NCBI GenBank assembly: GCA_018814875.1
Contig: JAHIYH010000041.1
Span: forward strand, 13,958 to 77,957
Direction: 5' to 3'
Length of the DNA stretch: 64,000 bases
Origin: Patescibacteria group bacterium
Lineage (GTDB): Bacteria; Patescibacteriota; Gracilibacteria; Peribacterales; Peribacteraceae
The position numbers were made by a program, and so were the translations under genes. Positions within the stretch are counted from its first letter, which is position 1; each line of letters starts with the position of its first letter. Below the pieces are notes generated by a model. The model was not told the origin of the DNA. It ran no database searches and was given only the letters and a program-made list of their open reading frames with translations. This document shows positions 9,241 through 17,590 of this stretch, in pieces.

Positions 9241-9284
9241 ATTGGGTTGGGGAAAATAAAAAGTGAAAAGTTAAAAGTGAAAAG

Positions 9285-9989
9285 TTAGGATTCGGGCTGG
9301 GGATTGGGCTGGGGATTGGGCTGGGGCTCGGGTTCTGGTTCGGGCTGGGGTTCGAGCTGGGGTTCGGATGCTGAAGCTTGTGTCTCTTCAGAATTGTCTG
9401 GCTCATTTTCCTCCTTTAACTCCTTTTCCTCTTTTCCATCCTTTTCAGTCGTTTCTTCCTCAGACAGTCCTCCTTTCTCCGCGATTTCGCTAACAGCGCG
9501 TGCGAATCCAGTGAGCGGTGAGTTGCACATGCCCGCAAAAGTAACTAGCGGAGAGTTAATCATAGTTGCAAAGATGGCAAGAAGCTCTGTGCGACCGGGC
9601 ATCATGGCAAGTTCCATAGATTCGTTTTTTGTTAGTATCTTTCCATCGAAGATACCACCAAGAATCTTTACTTGGTTGTGAGCTTTTCCAAACTTAAATG
9701 CAATCTGTGCTCCAGAGAGTGGATCTATGGTGCTGAAGATGCAAGAAACAGGTCCGGTAATAATATTCGCATCGATCTCTGGCATGCCAGCTTCCTTAGC
9801 TGCAATTTTGATCAACGTCTTCTTTGCCACCTGCATTTCGGAATCCTGTTCTTTGAGTTGCGCTCTGAGTTCGCTTACTTCTGACACGGTTAATCCGATG
9901 TAATTAGTGAACATAACCGATTGCGCGGATTTAAATTTTTTCGTGAGATCTTTTACTTGGGCCTCTTTTTGTTGGCGCGTAAGTGCCAT
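9285..9989 (-). CDS. rplJ: 50S ribosomal protein L10 with an acidic Pro/Gln/Glu-rich C-terminal extension
   Basis: I start at MALTRQQKEAQV (ATG at 9989), since the ORF-track start at 10067 runs into leader structure. The C-terminal EPQLEPQPEPEPEPQPNPQPNPQPES is encoded by the GGGGCT word repeat (9292-9368). Confidence 0.9.
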   Translation of the reverse strand: MALTRQQKEAQVKDLTKKFKSAQSVMFTNYIGLTVSEVSELRAQLKEQDSEMQVAKKTLIKIAAKEAGMPEIDANIITGPVSCIFSTIDPLSGAQIAFKFGKAHNQVKILGGIFDGKILTKNESMELAMMPGRTELLAIFATMINSPLVTFAGMCNSPLTGFARAVSEIAEKGGLSEEETTEKDGKEEKELKEENEPDNSEETQASASEPQLEPQPEPEPEPQPNPQPNPQPES

Positions 9990-10150
9990 TTTAAGATGGA
10001 ATTTAAGAGATAAAAAAACTGGCCTCGGGACGACCGGGAGACCAGCGAGGCAGACGACACGAATCACGAAGCCGAAGCCAAATGGTCGATGCTGTATGCC
10101 TCGGAGGGGCTAACTTTCGGCCATCGGCCTAATGCCCTCGGTCTTCGGTC
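9990..10150 (-). promoter_or_regulatory. Structured rplJ leader with a terminator-like hairpin plus U-tract (candidate L10 leader/attenuator)
   Basis: A G+C-rich segment lies upstream of rplJ. On the minus strand the hairpin TGGTCTC...GAGGCCA (10043-10020) is followed, after one G, by seven U (10018-10012), about 20 nt before the start codon. Confidence 0.4.
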
Positions 10151-10250
10151 AGAATGGAAGTTTACTCAGAGTTTAGAGAGAGTCAAGAAATCTATGCTTC
10201 ATTTACAGTACTTATCTCAATATTGTCAATTTTGATTCTACTATTTACAA

Positions 10251-10378
10251 GGGGCTAGGGGCTAGGTTATAGGGACTAGATTAGGCAACTAGGCATTAGG
10301 GGTTAGTAATAATGAATTATATGTCTGTTTAATCTAGTTCCTAGACTAGCCCCTAGTGCATAGTCCCTATAACCTAGA
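10251..10378. repeat. Intergenic word palindrome (GGGGCTAGG / CCTAGCCCC arms)
   Basis: Inverted arms are visible either side of an AT-rich centre at about 10305-10325. Confidence 0.85.
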
Positions 10379-10381
10379 TTT

Positions 10382-10825
10382 ATGCGAGTTCTCCTTCAAA
10401 AAGTCACTCAGGCAAAGGTTTCGGTCGATAGCTCAGTTGTTGGTCAGATTGACGCAGGTTATATCCTATTTCTTGGGATTATGGAAGGAGATACACAGGA
10501 TCAAGCGGAAAAGTTAGCGGATAAGGTCGTCAATGTCCGACTGTTTTCTGGAGAAGACGGAAAGATTAATGATCGGTCGCTTCTGGATATTGGCGGAGAG
10601 GCACTTATTGTTTCTCAGTTCACACTTGCAGGGCGACTGGAGAAGGGGAATCGTCCGGATTACACTCTTGCTGCAGGTCCAAAGGAGGCTGAAAAATTGT
10701 ATGAGTTTTTCATAAAACAACTTACAGAACGTGGAGTAAAAAAAGTTGAAGGAGGAAAGTTTGGTGCGTACATGAAGGTGGATCTCACGAATGATGGACC
10801 AGTAACACTGTGGATAGAAAGGTAA
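10382..10825 (+). CDS. dtd: D-aminoacyl-tRNA deacylase
   Basis: 147 aa. MRVLLQKV..A.V ... GYILFLG ... SQFTL ... are typical Dtd motifs. Confidence 0.93.
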   Translation: MRVLLQKVTQAKVSVDSSVVGQIDAGYILFLGIMEGDTQDQAEKLADKVVNVRLFSGEDGKINDRSLLDIGGEALIVSQFTLAGRLEKGNRPDYTLAAGPKEAEKLYEFFIKQLTERGVKKVEGGKFGAYMKVDLTNDGPVTLWIER

Positions 10826-10993
10826 GTTGTAAATCCCAAATCACAAGCACCAAATCCCAAAAAATCTAGGGTGTAATCAAATTGGGTTTTGGGTTTTGGG
10901 ATTTTGCTCAGTCTTTTACATAGATAATTGCATAGTTTGCTCTTATAAATTCTTGCTTCAAATGTGCTAAAAGTAGTAGAATTTAGTTTCCTT

Positions 10994-12889
10994 ATGACTA
11001 AGAGTACTGCCGATATCTCTACGCTCCTAGAGCGCGTTGCAAATGCCAATTCTGACTTCGACATCGATCGTGTTGTAAGGGCATTTCGCTGTGCGCGTGA
11101 AGTGTATGGTGAAGAGTCACATCGTACTGGAGTAAATCTATATGAACATGCCACAGGAGTTTTGGAGCTCTTGCTCCCATTCGAACCTGATGAAGATACG
11201 ATTATTGCATCCATCCTTCACCATGTTGTTTCTAAAGATGGACTTTCGCTGACAGAACTGGAGGAGCGCTTTGGGCCAACAGTTCGTTCATTAGTGAGTG
11301 GAGTGCATTTACTCGCATCTATCACTATTGAAGGGAGCCGTAATTCAATTGATGATTTGCGTTTGATGCTGCTGAGTGTATCTGATGATATGCGTACGAT
11401 TCTCATTACACTTTCGGATCATTGCCATCTACTTGATCACGCGGAGGGAATTGGAAAAGATCGTGTAAAGCGTATTGCAAGTGATGTACTGCGTTTGTAT
11501 GCACCTGTCGCATCACGGCTTGGTATATACAACTTAAAGCAAGAATTGGAAAAGAGGGCTTTCCCCATTTGTTATCCGTCTGATGCAGAGCACATCACGG
11601 GTCAGATTGATAGATTACGTTCGCAACACGGGGACTTTATGGAAAATACGGCATCAGAATTAAAAACGTATCTATTGAATAATAACCTGCCCGTGAAGAT
11701 TGATTGGCGCGAGAAGCAGCCGTATAGCATCTTTCGCAAACTTAATACTAAGGGGCTCTCTTCTATAGAAGATGTGTACGATCTCTTTGCTATTCGTGTT
11801 ATTGTTGATCGAACGGATGAGTGTTATCAAACTCTGGGATTGATTCATAAATTGGGGCGTCCTATGGCGAATCGTTTTAAAGATTTTATCGCATTCCCCA
11901 AACCCAACGGATACCAGAGTTTGCACACTACACTTCTTCAATTGCCGCAGGTTCCAAGTGATATTTTTGTGGAAGTGCAGGTGCGTACAAAAAAGATGCA
12001 TCACGAAGCACAGTACGGAGTTGCAGCACATTGGAGTTACAAAGAGTACGGTGCTACACATCATGCGATGGAGCAGACGCAGCTCAGGAAGATGCTTTCC
12101 ATGCAGGAATCGGTACACGGAGAAGTCGAGTCCGAGTCCACACTGGCCGATCAAATCTATGTGCTTACTCCAAAAGGGGATATCGTGGAGCTTCCAGAAG
12201 GATCCACGCCGCTTGATTTCGCATTTCAGGTGCATACAGATTTAGGACTTTCGTTTCGCTCTGCGCGTGTGAACGGATCGATTGTGCCACTCAATCATGA
12301 GCTGGAAAATGGAGATGTGATTGATATTCTGAAGTACAGAACGCCAAGGCCATCGCCACAATGGATGCAGCTTCTTAAAATTTCATCGTCGCGATCAAAG
12401 CTGAAGAGACATCTTTATCTTCAGCGACGCTCGGAATTTATTACAAAGGGGCGTGAGAAAGTGAATACGGAACTAACCAAGCATTCACTCCCATCACTCG
12501 ATAGTGATCTAAGTATTATGCGTGTATACGATGGCGATGTGCTTCCTTTTGCACGTCGTGAGGATCTTTTGATGAAAGTAGGGCAAGGATCGCAGAATGC
12601 GGCCTCTATCTTCCCGCACTTGGAAGCATTGCGTAGTCATGATTTTTCGAAGTCAAAACCGCGCAATCGCACTATTCCAAAACAACAAAGGAAGAATAAT
12701 TTGGTTGAATTGGAAGGAGGTCTTCCTATGCCCACTCGTTTTGCGAAAGGATGCAAACCAGATGATGGGAAACGAGAAGAAATTGTTGGTGTGATCAATC
12801 GAAGTGGTGAGGTGGTCATTCATCGTAGTGGATGCAAGATGCTTAAGAGGGCGAATCCTGAAAGGAAGATCAAAGCGTTGTGGAAATAA
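10994..12889 (+). CDS. rel: RelA/SpoT-family (p)ppGpp synthetase with a degenerate hydrolase motif
   Basis: Contains an HD-like N-domain, a synthetase domain (DLFAIRVIV ... GYQSLHTT ... VEVQVRT..MH..A..G.AAHW.YK), a TGS domain and a C-terminal ACT-like domain. The start is either 10964 or 10994. The expected HD..ED motif reads HHVVSKD. Confidence 0.9.
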   Translation: MTKSTADISTLLERVANANSDFDIDRVVRAFRCAREVYGEESHRTGVNLYEHATGVLELLLPFEPDEDTIIASILHHVVSKDGLSLTELEERFGPTVRSLVSGVHLLASITIEGSRNSIDDLRLMLLSVSDDMRTILITLSDHCHLLDHAEGIGKDRVKRIASDVLRLYAPVASRLGIYNLKQELEKRAFPICYPSDAEHITGQIDRLRSQHGDFMENTASELKTYLLNNNLPVKIDWREKQPYSIFRKLNTKGLSSIEDVYDLFAIRVIVDRTDECYQTLGLIHKLGRPMANRFKDFIAFPKPNGYQSLHTTLLQLPQVPSDIFVEVQVRTKKMHHEAQYGVAAHWSYKEYGATHHAMEQTQLRKMLSMQESVHGEVESESTLADQIYVLTPKGDIVELPEGSTPLDFAFQVHTDLGLSFRSARVNGSIVPLNHELENGDVIDILKYRTPRPSPQWMQLLKISSSRSKLKRHLYLQRRSEFITKGREKVNTELTKHSLPSLDSDLSIMRVYDGDVLPFARREDLLMKVGQGSQNAASIFPHLEALRSHDFSKSKPRNRTIPKQQRKNNLVELEGGLPMPTRFAKGCKPDDGKREEIVGVINRSGEVVIHRSGCKMLKRANPERKIKALWK

Positions 12890-12910
12890 TTCTAGGTCTT
12901 GGCTGCATCT

Positions 12911-13003
12911 GATTAGTTACTAGTTTCTAGTTGATTAGTTTTTGGTTTCTAGTTTAATGACAAATAACTAGAAACCAGTAACTAGAAAACTAGAAACTAA
13001 TTA
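12911..13003. repeat. Intergenic word palindrome (CTAGTTTCTAG arms)
   Basis: Inverted arms lie between the convergent rel and tig genes. Confidence 0.85.
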
Positions 13004-13017
13004 GGATTAGTATGTGA

Positions 13018-14298
13018 TTACTCCAGCATCATCTTAATAAGTTTTTCCACACGCTTCTGCCACTTTAGCTGATGCCATCCTTGGTATCCCTTCTGGTACA
13101 TTGGCTCAATCTTTGCACGTTGTTCTGGTTTCATAGATGCAAGGGTCTCAGCAACTGCCTGTTCCATTTCCTTATCATCCAGATCAATCTCTTTCTCGTC
13201 TGCTAGGTGTTGAATTCCAAAACGTAGCGTCAGGCGATCAACTGCTTGTTTGTTCATATCGGATTTAATGTTTTCGGGTTTCTTGTCCATCTTCTTCATC
13301 CAATCGCTAAGTTCAATATTGCGCTCTTTTAGCTGACGTGCGAAGTTTTCGAATAGGTCACGTTCTTCTTCTTCCACTAGTTCTGGGGCAAGTTCTACTT
13401 TGGTTGCTTTACGAATCTGATCCAGTAATTCCTGCTCACGTTTTTGATCTGAGAGACGCTCTTCCTGTTGTTCCATTGATTCACGAACACTCTTTTTGAA
13501 GTTCTCAGCCGAGTCGGCATTGAGGTGTTGCTGTACAAACGCATCCGTAAGCTTTGGCTTGGTTACTTCTTCCACTTTGCTGATTGTGACATGGAATGTG
13601 ACAGGCTTATTTTGCAGGTGCTCAGCGTGGTACTTATCAGGAAAGGCGACAGTGAATGTTTTCTTGTCAGATTTCTTTAGCCCTTCCAGCTCTTCCTCAA
13701 ACCCCGGAATGAGTGACTTACTTCCAAGAACTACCTGATGTCCGGTTGTGCGGATACCGTCGATTTCTTTTCCGTCGGAATCTTCACCGTAAAAATCCAT
13801 TGTGATGCGATCATCTTTCTTTGCATTTCGATCAATCTCCTTAGTTGTAATGTGTTGTTCTAGGAAATAGTCCATTGTGCGTTCGATGTCCTTGTCATCA
13901 ACTTTTGGTGGCTTCTTATCCACTTTAATCTTGCCTGCACCTTTTACTGTTACTTCTGGATGTTCGATGAAAGTAATCGTCAATGTAAGTGGCTCGCTAG
14001 TCTGCGCTTCTACTTTTGGCGGTGCGATTGGCTTAATCTCATTTTCCTCTATAAGTTTCTTGATTGTATTTGGTAGTAATTCACGAATGGTTTCTTCCAT
14101 AAGCTGATCGGGGCTGACTTTTTCGCGGATCATATCTATGGGAACTTTACCTGTGCGAAAACCTTCGATCTTGGTTGTAGATCCGATTTTTTTCAGTGCT
14201 GCATTTTCTGCAGGTGTGATTTGTTCTTCTGTAAATGTGACCGTACAGACGGTTCGGCCGGCTTTGTCGCGTTTTGGAGCTGTAGATTTGGTGGTCAT
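13018..14298 (-). CDS. tig: Trigger factor
   Basis: Has a ribosome-binding N-domain (GFR.GKVP), an FKBP-like middle domain and a C-terminal arm. I start at MTTKST (14298); the ORF-track extension to 14364 translates a word repeat. Confidence 0.9.
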   Translation of the reverse strand: MTTKSTAPKRDKAGRTVCTVTFTEEQITPAENAALKKIGSTTKIEGFRTGKVPIDMIREKVSPDQLMEETIRELLPNTIKKLIEENEIKPIAPPKVEAQTSEPLTLTITFIEHPEVTVKGAGKIKVDKKPPKVDDKDIERTMDYFLEQHITTKEIDRNAKKDDRITMDFYGEDSDGKEIDGIRTTGHQVVLGSKSLIPGFEEELEGLKKSDKKTFTVAFPDKYHAEHLQNKPVTFHVTISKVEEVTKPKLTDAFVQQHLNADSAENFKKSVRESMEQQEERLSDQKREQELLDQIRKATKVELAPELVEEEERDLFENFARQLKERNIELSDWMKKMDKKPENIKSDMNKQAVDRLTLRFGIQHLADEKEIDLDDKEMEQAVAETLASMKPEQRAKIEPMYQKGYQGWHQLKWQKRVEKLIKMMLE

Positions 14299-14378
14299 TA
14301 TATAAGTGGTTAAAAGCTGGTAGCTTGTAGCTTGTAGTTTGTAGATAGTTAATGCAAGAAACAACCGAACTAATTGTT

Positions 14379-14585
14379 CTATTCAAGAATCATAAATAAT
14401 GCGCCATTGGATTCACGCTGCAACTTTGAAATGGTCGGCTTCCTTCCATGCATCATTTCAAATAGCTCTTCAAGTTTCCTGTTTTGTTCAGAAGTTGTGC
14501 TTGCATCTCCAAGGGATAAGTGAGCTATTGCCACTGGTTTTAACATCGCTGATGCCTTTGTTACGTCTTTGGGATTCATAGGCAC
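14379..14585 (-). CDS. Small hypothetical ORF (68 aa) enclosed by inverted word arms
   Basis: The only support is an open frame between arms at 14305-14345 and 14641-14667. An opposite-strand ORF of similar size also exists. Confidence 0.25.
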   Translation of the reverse strand: MPMNPKDVTKASAMLKPVAIAHLSLGDASTTSEQNRKLEELFEMMHGRKPTISKLQRESNGALFMILE

Positions 14586-14667
14586 GTCAATCTACTTTCC
14601 TTGAATCTTACATGCAAGAAACTATTCAGGAGTTCCTTCCTACCAGCTACCAGCTACAAGCTAATAA

Positions 14668-15579
14668 TTAGCTCTTCTTCTTCCAATACACCAAAAGCGG
14701 AGTCGCGAGGAACAAAGACGAATACGTTCCAATAATCGCTCCTATAATTAATGTAAGAACAAACCATCTAATGCTCTCGGATCCTAAAACGAATAATGCA
14801 AAAAGCATGATGAGTGTTGATACACTTGTATTGATCGATCGTGTTACGCTCTGATGCAAGCTCCGTTCTGCAACAATGTAAAATTCTTCTCCTCTGTGGC
14901 TGGTGAGCAAATTATCACGGATACGATCGAATATGACGATAGTGTCATTTACTGAATATCCTAAGATAGTTAACAGTGCTGTTATAAACAGCGTATCAAA
15001 TTCAAATGAAGTGATCTGACTTAAAATAACAAAGATGCCGACGGTAATAAGTACGTCATGTAACAATGTGACAACTGCAATGATTCCAAATCTCCAAGGA
15101 CTTAAGCGCTTTGGAACTTTGCGAAATGCAAATGCGATATATAGAACAATTGCGACGCTTGCGATGCCCAATGCCCAGAATGATCGCTTTTTAAGTGATG
15201 CACCGACTGTGGGTCCGATGGTTGTAAATTGCATCTCCTCTGTTTCCCCCAATGTTGTTGTTAGATGAGCGATAAGCGCCAGATGTTCTTCATTCGTCAA
15301 ATTACGCATTCGCATTAGCATTGTCTCGGATTTAGTCGCAGAGATAGATACATTGTCGAGCTGAGATTTATCCTCAAAAACAAGTGAGCTCATGGCATTG
15401 GCGAGGTCATCTTTTGTTGATGCACTTGGAATCTTCAGTTCTATTAGAGTTCCACCCGTAAAGTCGATGCTTAGAGTGGGTCCTGGGTAGAACAAAAGAA
15501 CGATGCTGACGCCTACGAGTGCTGCCGAAAGCATCAAGAAGTACTTTGCTGGTTTTATAAAGGAGAATTTCATTGGCAC
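14668..15579 (-). CDS. secF: Protein translocase subunit SecF
   Basis: 303 aa with the IDFTGGT motif, six TM segments and the FDRIRDN motif. Confidence 0.92.
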   Translation of the reverse strand: MPMKFSFIKPAKYFLMLSAALVGVSIVLLFYPGPTLSIDFTGGTLIELKIPSASTKDDLANAMSSLVFEDKSQLDNVSISATKSETMLMRMRNLTNEEHLALIAHLTTTLGETEEMQFTTIGPTVGASLKKRSFWALGIASVAIVLYIAFAFRKVPKRLSPWRFGIIAVVTLLHDVLITVGIFVILSQITSFEFDTLFITALLTILGYSVNDTIVIFDRIRDNLLTSHRGEEFYIVAERSLHQSVTRSINTSVSTLIMLFALFVLGSESIRWFVLTLIIGAIIGTYSSLFLATPLLVYWKKKS

Positions 15580-15621
15580 GAGAGTAGCGCGACTTAAGAG
15601 CGAATGCTAGATAATTGACTG

Positions 15622-16986
15622 TTATTCGATGATGAGGGTAGTTACAGCCCCCTGCTGTTCCACAGACCATAACAGCTTTCCCGATAGATGATTGAAGAAT
15701 GGAGGAAGTGATTCGGATTTGAGCGACGGAAATACTTCTTTGATAAGTGATGATGCATCTTCTAATGATACTGAACCGTCTGTGATTTTTTCCAATACGG
15801 TCAAAGATGGATTTGATGGCGGGATCACTTCTACATTCTTTTCCAGAATCTGCTCGAGTGCCGACAAAGAATTGGCCATAACAAATGTTGAACCGCGCAT
15901 AGCAGAGGCAAATTCTCGCCTATCGGAAGTGCGTGTGGTAATTATTTCCCAGTTTAAGTATTTGTCAGTTTCTTTCTGAGTAGAGCTTTTATCGATTCGT
16001 ATGTCTGTTGCAGAGAATCGATCATCGAATGTGCGTTTTGTAACTTGAGTGCTTGGACTCACAGATCTAAAGCCATCATGCAGTAATTCTATATGTTCAG
16101 AAAGAGTGCGAGAATTTTTATCAATACCTTCGACAGCCAATAATGTTACGCCCGAACTATTTTTTCCGAGATGAATTGTTGTTGGGCTGGTGAACATTGG
16201 AAGGATGTCGTAAGTGAAACTAACAGAAGAACCGAATGTTTCTTCTACGATTCGACTAACAGATCCTTCCAAAAAACTTCGCTCAGTATCGGCAAGCGCA
16301 TGTGTGAGTTTTGTCCAAGTGTGCGATGCATTGTAACTGCGTAATGTTAGTGCAGATCCTGAAAATGTACTTTCAATTGTAGGTGAAAGTCCACGTATGG
16401 GCAGGGGAGTGCTACCAACGAATGAAATCTGTGTTCTGCCATCTTCAAAAGACAGTGCTGCATGTGTGCTTCCTATGGGGATCAGTGCATTCAGGATTTT
16501 TTCAGGAAATGTTTTAGAAAATGGAAGGACAGAAAGATCAAGGAATACCCACGATTCTTCCTGCACTAACTGATTGTAAGACAGAGAAGAGCTGAGGCGT
16601 GGGGTAGAAGTTTTTAAAAGTGCTTCGGCAAGTGGATCTGATACAGATACACTAAAACGACCAAAGGTAGTTTCTTCCGTCGAGTCTTCATCTGATTCCA
16701 AAAATTCTGCTACGAAGAGTTCTTCTTCAATAGCAAGGAGTGCAATCGTCTTCTTTTGATTCGGTGTAATTGTTCCCAATACAGGGAAGAAGGCCTCAAA
16801 TTTTCTGATGGTCTCTTCATCTACTTTGGAGAAGAGTGCGACTGTGTGGTACTCAGGCAAAAAATCAGCTGGAACACTTTGGATCTCAGTGATGGTATTT
16901 GTTGCAGAAATGAGTACAGCAAGAATTGCGATAGAGATAGCTGCTGCCACCGTGATTATGCCGAATGCGCGTAGGATGGATTGCAT
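15622..16986 (-). CDS. Single-pass membrane-anchored hypothetical protein (not SecD-like)
   Basis: 454 aa with one N-terminal TM segment and a long soluble domain. It lacks the SecD GLDL.GG motif and the C-terminal TM bundle. Confidence 0.7.
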   Translation of the reverse strand: MQSILRAFGIITVAAAISIAILAVLISATNTITEIQSVPADFLPEYHTVALFSKVDEETIRKFEAFFPVLGTITPNQKKTIALLAIEEELFVAEFLESDEDSTEETTFGRFSVSVSDPLAEALLKTSTPRLSSSLSYNQLVQEESWVFLDLSVLPFSKTFPEKILNALIPIGSTHAALSFEDGRTQISFVGSTPLPIRGLSPTIESTFSGSALTLRSYNASHTWTKLTHALADTERSFLEGSVSRIVEETFGSSVSFTYDILPMFTSPTTIHLGKNSSGVTLLAVEGIDKNSRTLSEHIELLHDGFRSVSPSTQVTKRTFDDRFSATDIRIDKSSTQKETDKYLNWEIITTRTSDRREFASAMRGSTFVMANSLSALEQILEKNVEVIPPSNPSLTVLEKITDGSVSLEDASSLIKEVFPSLKSESLPPFFNHLSGKLLWSVEQQGAVTTLIIE

Positions 16987-17051
16987 GAAAGACTTCTTTT
17001 ACTTTAGAGAGTTTTTGTACTTAGAGGAAGATAAGAAAAAGCTGAAAATGG

Positions 17052-17079
17052 GGGCGCTGGTTTTGTGTAACCAGCGCCC
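17052..17079 (-). terminator. Intrinsic terminator of the 62-aa gene
   Basis: An 11-bp stem, GGGCGCTGGTT/AACCAGCGCCC, is followed on the minus strand by a T-rich tract. Confidence 0.6.
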
Positions 17080-17107
17080 TGGATGATTCGTTGACCCCCA
17101 ACTACTT

Positions 17108-17296
17108 TTAGGCCTCCTCCTTGCAGTGGTAGATGAATACGATTTCCCCTTTCTCATCTCTCACAACATTCCGTTGAACGATAAACACGGAATGCTTTGC
17201 AAGCCAGCTATTAACTCGCTTGATGAGTGAGTCAAGAGTTTCTTGGTTTGTCTCGTTACATCGAAAGACGTGGATTTGTTCCATCGTAAGCTCCAT
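17108..17296 (-). CDS. Small hypothetical protein (62 aa) in a self-contained transcription unit
   Basis: The ORF is bracketed by a near-consensus promoter (17413-17385) and a terminator (17079-17052). Confidence 0.55.
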   Translation of the reverse strand: MELTMEQIHVFRCNETNQETLDSLIKRVNSWLAKHSVFIVQRNVVRDEKGEIVFIYHCKEEA

Positions 17297-17384
17297 TCTT
17301 TATGGTGTTGTCAACGAACACCTGATTAGGGCCAGCCGACAACATCAAAGTAAAGTTACCGATTGCCACTTAACAGGATGTTCC

Positions 17385-17413
17385 ATATTAATATACATTA
17401 AATGTTCTGTCAA
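17385..17413 (-). promoter_or_regulatory. Sigma-70-type promoter, TTGACA-17-TAATAT
   Basis: Minus strand: TTGACA (17413-17408), a 17-nt spacer, then TAATAT (17390-17385). It lies about 90 nt upstream of the ATG at 17296. Confidence 0.6.
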
Positions 17414-17590
17414 GTGCGGTTGCTGTGTTTCTGCCTATTTCATTCTTCTCTTTAATTCATTCTTCTTTTGAAAGATCAGTTGTATTAAATCATTCTAAAT
17501 TTTTCATTTTTCATTTTCTTGCCGGCCGTAGCCTTGCTTGCCGGACATAGCCCTTGCGACGGCTGGGCGAAGGCTGGTCATTTTTAATTC

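Noticed and set aside
9990-10067. N-terminal extensions in the ORF track. Affected ORFs are rplJ to 10067, tig to 14364, the surface protein to 23569, the lipoprotein from 23751, purP paralog 2 from 29160, the DsbA-like gene from 54043 and the DM13-like gene to 55466, among others.
   Set aside because: The extensions translate word repeats or leader structure. Internal ATGs give canonical N-termini or signal/lipobox sequences.
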